Source: Mobula hypostoma
Taxonomy: Eukaryota
Assembly: GCF_963921235.1 (NCBI RefSeq)
Contig: NC_086097.1
Coordinates: 243,786,001-243,850,000, forward strand
Reading direction: 5' to 3'
DNA length: 64,000 nt
Part shown: positions 38,481-50,600 of the stretch, in pieces
Layout: every line of letters starts with the position of its first letter
Numbering within the stretch: position 1 is the first letter of the stretch
Notes under the pieces: model-generated
The model's input: the letters and a program-made list of their open reading frames with translations, nothing else
Database searches by the model: none
What the model was told of the DNA's origin: nothing
Made by a program: the position numbers and the translations under genes

Positions 38481-38518
38481 TTGTTGTTACTCCCTTAGGG
38501 CCTTTATTAGGGACAGGA

Positions 38519-39186
38519 ATTCAGTTCAGTTCAGTTCAGTTTTTGTTTATTGTCCTTTAGAAATGCATGCATTAAAAAATGACACAATGTTCCTCCAGAA
38601 AGATCTCACAAGAAAACACAGGACAAACCAAGACTAACTGACGAAACCACATAATTATAACATACAGTTACAACAGTGCAAAGCAATACCATAATTTGAT
38701 GAAGAGCAGACCATGGGCACGGTAAAAAAAAGTGTCAAAGTCCCGATAGCCTCATCATCTCACGCAGGCGGCAGAAGGGAGGAACTCTCCCTGCCATGAA
38801 CCTCCAAGCGCCGCAAACTTGCTGATGCAGCACCATTGGAAGCACCCGACCACAGCGGACTCTGAGTCCGTCCGAAAACGTCAAGCCTCCGATCAGCCCC
38901 TCCAACACAGCCTCTCCGAGCACCATCCTCTGTCGAGCGCTTCGACCCTGCCCCGGCCGCCGAGCAACAAGCAAAGCCGAGGACTCGGGGCCTTCCCCTC
39001 CGGAGATTCTGGATCACACAGTAGCAGCAGCAGCTAAGAAGGCATTTCAGAAGTTTCTCCAGATGTTCCTCCGTGCTCTCACGTCTGTCTCCATCAAATC
39101 AGGATTGTGCACGGTCCCCTACTTGACAAATAACAGACATCACCACCGGAGTGGCCGCTGCAAGCTGCGTCGCGCCACCATCTTTC
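38519..39186 (-). mobile_element. ~620-bp non-autonomous retroposon family X (variant with (CTGAA)n tail)
   Basis: Homologous along its length to 43926-44547, 45072-45635 and 47003-47628. Confidence 0.8.
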
Positions 39187-39764
39187 CACCTCCACTTCCT
39201 TAAAGCATTCTTCATCTGATCCTTATAGCGCTTCTTCGACTCTCCAGCTGATCGTCGACCATGATGTAGCTGGCCGTATAACACTCTGCGGGGTAGCCGA
39301 CATGGGGGCATCCTTATCATGTGCCCCAGCCACTGCAGCTGACGCTGGGTGATCATGGCCTCAATACTCTTGCAGGAGGTATGTAATAAAGTAGATACCA
39401 AGTGTATCTTAAACATGGAGATGGCAAGTTTTGCAGAAAAATACATGTTTTTCACTGTTATCTAACATCAAGTTAGTGTAGCAGGATTCTGGTATGTTCT
39501 CAGTCCATTGCTCCATTCAAGCTGACACCAGTTTGTGTTGCATACTAAGGAGGAAAAGCCGGCCCGTGTTGTAGAGGCATCAGCACCAGACTTAAGGCAA
39601 ACGGTTCCGGGTCAAATGCAGCTTTCCATCCCTGCTGCGTTGAGCGGCGAGCTAGCAACTCGGCCTCGGAAAAAACAGGCAAAGGCAAAAATGCCACCCA
39701 ATGTGCCACAAGGCGCGAAAGGGAATAACAACAACAACTAAGGAGGAAAGAAATATAACCTCTA

Positions 39765-41645
39765 GAAAGTCTCATCTCTGTTCTAAAGGGATGTCTTTGT
39801 ATTCTGAGGCTGTGGACCCTGGTTCTAGACTCCCCCACCATAGGATACATCTTCTCTATGTCCACTCTATCTAGGCCTTTCAAAATTCAACAGGTGTCAA
39901 TGAAATCCCCCCCCCCCATGCTTGTAAACTCCAGTGAGTACAGACCCAGAGGTATGAAACGCTCCTCATACGGTAACTCTTTAATTCCCGAGATTATTCT
40001 CGTGAACCTCCTCTGGACTCTCCCCAACGTCCTTCACAAGGAATAATGAAGAGTACAGGACAGGAACTGGCCTTTCAGAGCATAATAATGTGCTGAAGAA
40101 ATTAAATTAATGATCAAATGGCCAACTGAACTAATCCCATCTGCCTATACCATGCCCTTATCCTTCCATTTCCCTCACATTCATGTGTTTATCTCAACAT
40201 TTCTTAAAAATTCCTGAAGTATCTGCCACTACCACCAGCCCAGGCACTACATTCCAGGCACACACTACTCTCTGTGCAAAAAATATTGCACAGCTCCTTT
40301 CAACTGACGCCTTAAACGCATGCCCTCTGGTATGAGACATTTCAACCCTGGGAAAAAGATACCTTCAGCTTACTCCATCTGTGCCTCTCATAATGGTATA
40401 AACCTCTATGAGATCTCCCCTCAGCCTCCGCCTCTCCAGAAAAAGAACTTCCAGGTTTGATCAACCTCTCATTATAGCAGATGGCATCTGATCCAGGCAG
40501 GACTCTGGTAAACTTCTGCTGCACCCTCTCCAAAGCCTCAACGTCCTTCCTATAATGGAGTGACCAGAACTGTATGCAATAGTCCAGATGCAGTCCAACT
40601 AGAGTTTTATAAAGCCGCAACATAACTTCCTGACTTTTGAACTCAACCCCTTGACTAATGAAGTCAAACATGCCATATGCTGCATTAACCATCCTATCAG
40701 CCTCTGTAGCCTCTGTCAGGGAGCTATAAACTTGAACCTCAAGATCCCTCTGCTCATCAACACTGTTTTGGATCTTGCCCCTGACAGTGTATTCTCTCTT
40801 CATGTTTGACCTACACTTCACACTTGGCTGGGTTAAACACCATCTGCCATTTCTCCACTCATATCTGCAACTGATCAACATCCCGCTGTATTCTTTCCCA
40901 GTCTTCTATGCTGTACACGACACCAACCCAATCTTCATAGCATCTGCAGACTTACTGAATGACCCATCTACATTTTCATTGGGTCATTTTTACACAATAC
41001 AAAACAGCAGAAGTTCCAGTACAGGTCCACGCTGAACACCAATGATGACAGACCTTCAACTAGAAAAAGTCTACTCAATCACCACCATCTGTCTTCCATG
41101 GTCTACTCATTGGTCTACAGTCTCCAGGATTATCCCTGGCTCCCTTCTTGAATAACCTACTGACTGACTTCCCTGTTGATGCTTGTCGATGGTATAAACT
41201 TACATCAGGTCACACCTCAGCCTCTGATGGTGCAGAACAAACTTATTCTCTTCTGCCTGTAAGTGACAAACATCTCTCCATTCTCTGCATATTCAGCGTG
41301 CCATATGCTGCCTTCACCTCCCTACTCACTTGCCTGGCCACTTTCAGGGAGCTGTCGACTAGAACATAGAACATAGAATAGTACAGCACAGTACAGGCCC
41401 TTCGCCCCACAATGTTGTGCCGACCCTCAAACCCTGCCTCCCATATAAGCCCCCACCTTAAATTCCTCCATATACCTGTCTAGTAGACTCTTAAACTTCA
41501 CTAGTGTATCTGCCTCCACCACTGACTCAGGCAGTGCATTCCACGCACCAACCACTCTCTGAGTAATAAACCTTCCTCTAATATCCCTCTTGAACTTCCC
41601 ACCCCTTACCTTAAAGCCATGTCCTCTTGTATTGAACAGTGGTGC
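39765..41645 (-). mobile_element. Cluster of CR1 fragments
   Basis: ORFs 39545-39883, 40342-40881 and 41427-41693 carry CR1 C-terminal motifs; (AGAACAT)n tail at 41361. Confidence 0.85.
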
Positions 41646-42084
41646 CAAAAGGCAATTTTGTATCCAACGAGGTATGGAGGCTACAAATAACATACCTCTC
41701 TTCTTCCTGCTGTGCCTTTCTCTGATTCTTGTGCCTTGTTCATTCCCTGAACACTTTCCACTAACACTTAACAGGCACGTTGGAATGCATCCGCCTCCCC
41801 TAAACCCATAAGACGTAGGATCAGAATTAGGCCATTTGGCCCATCTAGTCTGCTCTACTAAACCGCTATTGCCTTTGGCTCTTTCTCTCTTCAGTAGCTC
41901 CTTATTTAATTCAGCTTTGGTTGCTTCTCTAAACCTTTCAATCTTTGGACAGATTTATTTTTAATTGTCTCTGAGATTGTTTTACTTAGAGACACAGCAC
42001 TGAACAGTCCCTTCTGGCCCACTGAGCAACGATGACCAGCAACACGCTGATTTAACGCCGAGCCTAATCACAGGACAGTTTACA

Positions 42085-42382
42085 ATTTGGTTATTTGTTT
42101 GTTGAGATGCAGCACTGAACAAGCCTTTCCGGCCCTTTGAGTCACGGCACCCAGTAACCTCTGATTGAATCCTAGCCTAATCCAGGGAAAATTTACCATG
42201 ACTAACTGACTAACCTACCAGCTGGTAGATCTTTGGACTGTGAGAGGAACCCGGAGCACCCGGAGGAAACCCATGTGATCACGGGGAGAGCGTACAAACT
42301 CCCTACAGGCAGCTGTGGCAATTGAACCTGGGTTGCAGGAACTGTAAACGTTGTGCTAACCACTATGCTACCGTGCTGCCCC
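42085..42382 (-). mobile_element. HE1/V-SINE-like tRNA SINE
   Basis: Reverse complement begins gggcagcacggtagcatagtgg (A box) and contains ggttcaattgcc (B box) and the V-like core. Confidence 0.75.
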
Positions 42383-42414
42383 AGTTAGTAACCAATTAAT
42401 CTGCTAATTGTGTT

Positions 42415-42716
42415 GGCACGTGGCCAGGTGACTAAGGCGTTCGTCTCATGACCTGAAGGTCGTGAGTTCAATCCCCAGTCGAAGCAACGTGTTGTGTCCT
42501 TGAGCAAGGCACTTAACCACACATTGCTCTGCGACAACACCGGTGCCAAGCTGTATGGGTCCTAATGCCCTTCCCTTGGACAACATTGGTGTCGTGGAGA
42601 GGGGAGACTTGCAGCATGGGCAACTGCTGGTCTTCCGTACAACCTTGCCCAGGCCTGCGCCCTGGAAACCTTCCAAGGAGCAAATCCATGGTCTCACGAG
42701 ACTAACGGATGCCTAT
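42415..42716 (+). mobile_element. tRNA-derived SINE (another family)
   Basis: tggccaggtgactaagg A-box-like and gagttcaatcc B box; tgtgtccttgagcaaggcacttaacc core typical of fish SINEs. Confidence 0.65.
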
Positions 42717-43925
42717 TAATATTATTAATCTACTAATCGGTACATCTTTTGACTATGGAAGGAAACCCACACACATATGAGAAGAACTTCAAACTTTCAG
42801 TGTGCAGAATAAATTTATTATCAAAGTGCATATGCCATATACAAACCTGAGAATCAAATAAATCTACAGAATAATAACCATAACAGAATCAATGAAAGAC
42901 TACCCAACTAGGGCGTTCAACCAGAGTGCAGAAGACAACAGACTGTGCAAATACAAAAAGAAGAAACAATGATAATAAATAAATATATAAGCAATAAATA
43001 TCGAGAACATGAGAGGAAGAGCCCATAGGTTGTGGGAACGCTGGAATTAAACTCTGAACTCCGACGCCTCAAGCTATAATTGTGGGCTAACCGCTACACT
43101 ACCACAATGTCCCAATTTGCAAAATTTCCATATTGCAAAACTGGAAGCCATTCAAAATGTATTTTTTCTCCCCCACAATTTCTTTATTCGCATTTGGATG
43201 TCCAGGTTAGCTTCAATATTCACTATTTTTTTTAGTTTTGTACTCTTCCCCTGGAAGAAGGTTAAGGTGTTACTATTATTATCCATCTGTGAGTATTTTA
43301 AACCATTTCAATGAGTTTCCATGGAAACTGTAGTGCCGCATGAGGATTGTAAGTCTGCTATAGGAGAGGAAAAATAAATAATTGGTAACTGAACTTTCTC
43401 TCCTTCCTGCATCCAATTTATATATGAAATCTTTCGACACATTATAGATTTGTAATACTTGTTCCTAATGATCTATATGAAATAGTTGTTCCTAATGATC
43501 TATATGTTCTGCAGTTAAAATGAGTTTTGGGTCCTCATCCAGGATCCTCATTTCGTCACCTTCGGCAGGTCCTGGGGTTGATACTAAAGATCAAAGGCTG
43601 AAGGTCGAAGGTCGATCAGAAATCCAGGAATTGAGCCCTGATGGCTGGAGCCTCAGATCTGCGAATCTGATAGGGAACCCGGTGTCAGTGAATTCACGAG
43701 TCAGCTGCAAACTGGAGGCTGAAGGAAGCCTGTCCTGAGGTTCGGGGACTGCGTACGCGTGTGTAGGTGAGGAGGGAGGAACGGGCTTGCTTTGCTGTTG
43801 TTGCTTTGTCACCTAGTCTGTTTTTTGTTGTTCCATGGGGCATGCTCGGCTGGCGCTGGAACGTGTGGTGACACTTGTGGGCTGCCCCCAGCTCATCCTT
43901 GGGTGTTAGCACACAAATGATGCAT

Positions 43926-44547
43926 TTAGATTAGATTATGAGGACGCACAGTCCTCTTTTATTGTCATTGAGTAATGCATGCATTAAGAAATGATACAAT
44001 ATTCCTCCGGTGTGATATCACAGAAACACAGGACAGACCAAGACTGACAAACTAACAAAAACCACATAATTATAACATATAGTTACAACAGTGCAACAAT
44101 ACCATAACTTGATGAAGAACAGGCCATGGCACAGTAAAAAAGTTCAAAGTCTCTCGAAAGTCCCACATCTCACGCAGACGGGAGAAGGAAGAAAACTCTC
44201 CCTGCCATGCCCAACCACAGTCCCACTCTGAGACGTCCAAAAACTTCGAGCCTCCGATCAGCCCTCCGACACCGAGTACCGAGCACCATCTCTATCCGAA
44301 CAATTTGACCTCGGCCTCGGTTGCCAGCAGCAGGCAAAGCCGGGGATTTTGGGGCCTTCCCTCTGGAAGATTCTCGATCGCACAGTAACAGCGGCAGCGA
44401 ACCGGCGTTTCAGAAATTTCTCCAGATGTTCCTCTGTGCTTTCACATCTGTCTCCATCAAATCAGAATTGTCCACAGCCCCTATTTAACAGAGACGATAT
44501 CATTTTCACCGGAAAGCTGTGTCGCGCTGCCATCTTCTCCTCCCGCC
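43926..44547 (-). mobile_element. Family X retroposon, full length
   Basis: 5' GGCGGGAGGAGAAGATGGCAGCG; 3' (AATCT)n. Confidence 0.82.
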
Positions 44548-45071
44548 GTACATTTCAATCTACACGTGATAACAAACTGAAGACTAATTTGAATGCTGCA
44601 TCAGAAAGGCACCTGAAAGCAACAGTGACATGCTCTGTAACTTCTCTACATTTGTATTATAGCCAGGATTCGGTCTGCAACTTTGAACATTAATTCCTTC
44701 CACGCTGAGGGGATGCTTTAAAAGAATATTGCAGCTCCATAACAGGCTGGCAACACCATGCCTGGAACGCTTGTTTTCAGCTCTGGTCGTCTCGGTAGAG
44801 GAAGGATGTAGAAATTTGGAGAGGGTGCAGAGGAGATTTATCAGGATGCTGCCTGGATTAGGGAGCATGTCTTACGAGGATAGGTTGAACCAGCTAGGAA
44901 GTTTCCCGTTGGACTGTAGGACGATGAGAGGCAACTTGATAGAGATGTATAAAATGATAAGAGGCATAGAACAAGTTGACAGTCAGAGACCTTACCCCAG
45001 GGTGGAAATGGCTAATACAAGGGGGTATAATTTTAAGATCACTAACAAGAGAGAATTTGTTGATACCGTAT

Positions 45072-45635
45072 TTGTTAAATAGGGTACAGTGCACAATTCT
45101 GATTTGATGGAGACAGCTGTGAGAAGCACAGAAGAACATCTGGAGAAACTTCTGAAAAGCCCGGTTCGCTGCCGCTGCTACTGTGCGGTCGAGAATCTCC
45201 GGAGGGAAGGCCCCAGATCCTCGGCTCTGCCTGCTGCTGGCGACTGGGGCCGGAGTCGAAGTGCTCGGCAGAAATGGTGCTCGGTGCTTGGTGTCGGAGG
45301 CTTGAAGTTTTCGGATGACTCAGAGTCGGACTGTGGTCGGGCATGGCAGGGATAGTTTTCTTCCTTCTCCCGTCTGCGTGAGAAGTGGGACTTTCGAGAG
45401 ACTTTGAACTTTTTTTAACGTGCCCATGGCTTGTTCTTCATCAAGTTACAGTATTGCTTGCACTGTTGTAACTATATGTTATAATTATGTGGTTTTTGTT
45501 AGTTTTTCAGTCTTGGTCTGTCCTGTGTTTCTGTGATATCACTCCGGAGGAATATTGTATCATTTCTTAATGCATGCATTACTAAATGACAATAGAAGAG
45601 GACTGCGTGTCTTCATAATCTAATCTAATCTAATC
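45072..45635 (+). mobile_element. Family X retroposon, 5'-truncated
   Basis: Same body; (AATCT)4 tail. Confidence 0.82.
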
Positions 45636-45922
45636 TGCAGATTCTGGAAATCTGAGCCACACACACAAACTGCTGGAGGAACTCAACAGGCCAGACAGCA
45701 TCTACAGAAAAGAGTATAGTCGATGTTGCGGGCCGAAACACTTTGGAGACGATTGGAGGGAAGTATAGGGGAGATGTCAGAGATAAATTGTTTACTCATA
45801 GAGTCTTGGGTGCATGGAACACCCTGCTGGGGGTGGAGTTGAGGCAGGTACATTAGGAGCATTTAAGAGATTCTTAGATAGGCACATGGATGAGATAGAA
45901 AATTGGAGGTCTACAAGGTAGG

Positions 45923-46240
45923 TGTAATGATACGCACCCAACCTCCCCAGCTTCTGGGGTTTAGATGCTCTGACTCTCTGGAAAATTGATAGCTGGTGCA
46001 ATCCCTTTAAGGATTCAGGACCATCCAGCTAATTGGCAGTCATGTTTTGGCGGCAGGATTTCAATATCGAAGGCGCACCTGAACAGGGGTTCAGTGCTCA
46101 GTCATCAGCTCGACTAGGATTATCGCCTAGCGTCTAGTTCAGTATTCTGTGCTTGTTCCAGTCTCGCATTTTGTCTTGGTTCCAGCCTCGGATGCTCCAG
46201 CACTTGGGTCTAACCATCTTCTCCTCGGGCCCTCATTACA
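45923..46240 (+). repeat. 5' LTR (318 bp)
   Basis: Perfect 8-bp terminal inverted repeat TGTAATGA...TCATTACA (TG..CA) directly upstream of the gag remnant. Confidence 0.75.
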
Positions 46241-47002
46241 GTGTGATTGTGCCAGATACGGACCCAGCAGAGTATCGGTGTTTCTCGTCTGCGTGGCCGG
46301 CCACAAGCGAGATGATTTGTGGACAGAATCTTGACGTGCACGACCTCCAGGTCGCTACATGCCAACTTTCCCAAGTGGAAGCCAGAGTCGCTCAGGTGAG
46401 GCTGTCGGTTGCTCTATGGAGCCAGTACATCTTCCGACACTAGAGAGATTCGACAGAGGCTCAGGTTCTTGCCACAGCTCCCTCATTCAATGCCTTCAGC
46501 GTTGGAACTCCAGTTGTCCCGGTTCCCTTTGGAGCGCAGAAAGGTGTCCCAGGCATAGGCCATCACAAATTGGGACTGAAGGTCAGAGATTTGCTTGGAT
46601 TCAGAGGAATTCTTGGCCGCTGTGACAAAGGTGTTCCATCATCCTTCCGGAACAAGCTGAACCTCCGACCGTCTGATGAAGGTGCCTCAGGGCACACAGT
46701 CAGCGGCCAACTAGCTATCGAGTTTCGGACTTTGGCCCAAGAGAATGGCTGAAATGGAAAGGCCTTGGTCACTCTATATCGCCACGGACTCCGAGATGAA
46801 CCAAAAGGATGCCCTCACCTTGGGAGAGCCAGCAGAGGACTTAGGGGTTCTGATCGACCAGAGCATCCGCCTTCGATAATCGTCTGGTGGAGCCAAAGTG
46901 GGACTACTTCAAGAGGCCGAAGAAGGCTAGCCCGAGCCCAGCCTGAAAGCATCCTAGATCCATTCCCAACTGCGGGCAAAGATCAGCACATCCCCTCCCA
47001 TT

Positions 47003-47628
47003 GGCGGGAGGAGAAGATGGCAGCGCGACGCGCGCGCGCAGCTCTCCGGTGAAAATGATATCGCCTCTGTTAAATAGGGGCCGTGGACAATTCTGATTTG
47101 ATGGAGACAGACGTGAAAGCACAGAGGAACATCTGGAGAAATTTCTGAATCGCCGGTTCGTTGCCGCTGTTACTGGGTGATCGAGAATCTTCCGGAGGGA
47201 AGGCCCCAAAATCCCCGGCTTTGCCTGCTGCTGGTGACCGAGGCTGAGGTTGAATCGTTTGGATAGAGATGGTGCTCGGTACTTGGTGTCAGAGGGCTGG
47301 ACAGAGGCTCGAAGTTATTGGACGACTCAGAGTCGGACTGTGGTCGGACATGGCAGGGAGAGTTTTCTTCCTTCTCCCGTCTGCGTGAGATGTGGGACTT
47401 TCGAGAGACTTTGAACTTTTTTACTGTGCTCACGACCTGTTCTTCATCAAGTTATGGTATCGCTTGCACTGTTGTAACCATATGTTATAATTATGTGGTT
47501 TTGTTAGTTTTTCAGTCTTGGTCTGTCCTGTGTTTTGTGATATCACACCGGAGGAATATTGTATCATTTCTTAATGCATACATTACTAAATGACAATAAA
47601 AGAGGACTGCGTGTCCTCATAATCTAAT
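47003..47628 (+). mobile_element. Family X retroposon, full length, nested in the gypsy gag
   Basis: GGCGGGAGGAGAAGATGGCAGCG start; cataatctaat end. Confidence 0.82.
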
Positions 47629-50600
47629 ATCCTACTCAGAATCCTGTCGAGCCCATGAAATCGGCTGTACTGCACTCTCCACCAACGACAGATCCCGGCA
47701 TCAGAGTCAAGGCACCTGCTATTACCGTGGGGAAGCAGGTCACCTGCGGGCCGAATGTCCAAAGCAGCATCTGTTTTGAGAATAGCCAAGACCATCCTGT
47801 GTCGGGAGGACTGTGACGGTGGCTGCCACTACTCTCAACCCCTCGGATACTGGTGTCGCGCTGAGGGTAGAGAACTGCTGAGGTAAGAACTGAAGAGAGG
47901 TGAATGCTTTTGTGGGCTCTGGGGCAGCTGGGGGCTTCCTGGGCTTTGGAACTGCCTATTGGCTCAACATAGCGCTGCAGGAGCTGAACCCACAAATATC
48001 CTGGACGTCCGTCCACTATAGGTTCCTGGCAGGTCCAGCAGCAGACAATGGTTTTGTGGATGAGGATAGAGGATCATGTGGTGGACATTAATTTCTATAT
48101 CATCATCATCATAACCCAATCATTGGGCACCCTTGGGTGTCCCAGCATAACCCTTCCCACGAACTGGAAGAAAGGGAGGAACATTGTCTGGTCCAGTCAT
48201 TGCAAGAGGGCATGTTTTCGATGAGGTGTTCCAACCCCTAGATTCCACCAAGACCAACAACCAACGGGGGGGGGGGAGGCTTTAGTTCGGGGTGACGTGA
48301 AGCCTTCTGGAGACCCAATCCTGCCCTCAAGGACAGACAAGCCAGTTCCTGCCAACAGGACTGTGCGAGTCCCAAACCTGTATAGTATGGGGGTGGGGGA
48401 GATGTGCTGGAATTAGAGAGAGGGGATCTCTAGTTCAGGAGCAAACCAAGGAGGTGCCAAGCAGTCTGGAACACTAACAGCTAAGCCTAAGGTATCCAGC
48501 CACCAGGTCCCAACGAAAGGAAAGACTACTAAACGCAGACCTGGGGCACAAGGGCCATTTTTAACACATAGTAGCCATCATCTGAGTATATGGACAAGGA
48601 TTTAGACTCTGATTTGATCACAGTTTCAACAAAAGAGTCTAATAAACCTATGGAGGTGACTATGCTGTCTGTCAACTCACCCCCACCACCTAAGAAGCCT
48701 CAGGATTCATCCTCAAAGAAAGGTTCGAAGTTAATTGCAGCACCCAGACTGGTTGAAATCTCTTCTGTCTATAAGGATTTGGAAAAGGTCTTCAGCAAGA
48801 GAGAGGCCCTGACTCCTCCACCACACCGATCCTGCTGTGCTATAGACCTACCGCCTGATACTTGTCCTCCATGGGGTCAATTGTATGTTCTGTCAGGCCT
48901 GGAGATGAGCTCTATGAAGGAGTACATAGAAGAGTCTCTTGCCATGGGATTCATTCAACCCTCCACCTCACCAGCCGGCACGGGTTTCTTTGCTGCACAG
49001 ATAAAGGAAGGGAGCCTGCGGCCATGTATTGAATACAGAGAGGTGAATTGGATAACAGCCAAGAATCGTTATCCCCTTTTGCTCATGAACACTGCCTTCG
49101 AGATTCTCCGTGGGGCAAGAGTATTCACGAAGCTAGACTTGTGGAGTGCGTACAATCTGATCCACATAGAAGAGGATGACGAGAGGAAAACGGCACTCAG
49201 CACACCGACGGAACACCATGAGTACCGAGGTATGGCCTTCAGCCTCGCAAACGCTCCAGCAGTTTTCCAGGCTTTAAAAAATAACGTGTTCAGGAATACT
49301 GTCCATAAGTATGCTTCATCTACGTGAATGATATCCTAAACTTCTCAAAGTCCATGGAGGAGCTCATTGCTCACATCAGGGACATTTTAAAGAGACTTCT
49401 TGACCATGGATTTTAAGTCAAGCTGGAGGAGTCCAAGCTTTACATGAACACCATTTCATTTTTGGGTTTTATCATCTCTAATGGCAGTCTGAAGATAGAC
49501 CCTACTTAGACACAGGCAGTCAGAGATTGGCCACAATGATCCCATGTGAAACAAGTCCAACAGTTCCTGAGATTTTCCAGCTTTTACCGAAAGTTCATCA
49601 GGAACTGCAGCTCCACTGACAGCTCTGACTAACAGATGCACAGGCCCTTTTGTTTAGACTACCAAAGCAGAGGCTGCTTTTGCAGAGCTCAAACAGTGGT
49701 TCACGACAGCTCCCATCTTGGTTTCACCTAACCCGGATGTTCCCTTCATCGTGGTAGTGGATGCCTTGGATATTGGAGTGGGTGCAGTGTTGTCTCCATG
49801 GACACCTTCGTAAACTGCACCCATGTGCATTCTTCTGCAAGCAGAGGCGTACTATGATATTAGGAATAGAGAGCTGCTCACGGCCAAGTTGTCTTTGGAG
49901 GAATGGCATTACTGGCTTGAGGGGGCCAGGAACACTTTAATTGTTTGGACAGACTGCAAAAACCTGGCTTATGTTCAGGAGGCCAAGAGACTGAATTCCA
50001 GGCCATGTGGTCTCTTCTCTTTAACCCCTTTAATTTTGTCCCGATTTATTGACCGGGGTCAAAAAATATTAACCAAATGCCATGACCCGTCAGTTCGATG
50101 AACCCAAAAGAGAGGAGCACCCTGCCACCATTTTGCCCCAAGCCAAGGTGATAGTGCCAATTCATTGGGGAATCAAGGCTGTTGTTTGCAAGGACCAGGA
50201 GCAAGGGGTGATTCCAAAGAACGTTCCTCTGGGTCAGCTGTTCATCCTAAGTTACGTCTGGTCCCAGGTACTTTCCTGAGACATGCATTGAGAAACACCA
50301 CTCAACCAGGGATTGCCAGGATCCCCAAGTTCATCAAGAGAAGATACTGGTGGCCTAGAATGGCAAGAGGTGAAATGTGTACAGGCATTCACCTGGAACA
50401 AGGAGCACTGTACCCAACTTCAAGAACTCCTTTACCCTCTGCCTGTTCCAGACAGACCATGGGCGCATAACTCCACGGGCTTTTCCCGGGTATTTCTCCT
50501 TCCAAGGGGAACACTGTCATTATGGTAAATGTCGATGGATTTTTGAAGGCCTGCAAATTCATCACCAAGCTACCATCTGCGGCAGAGACAGCCAAAATTG

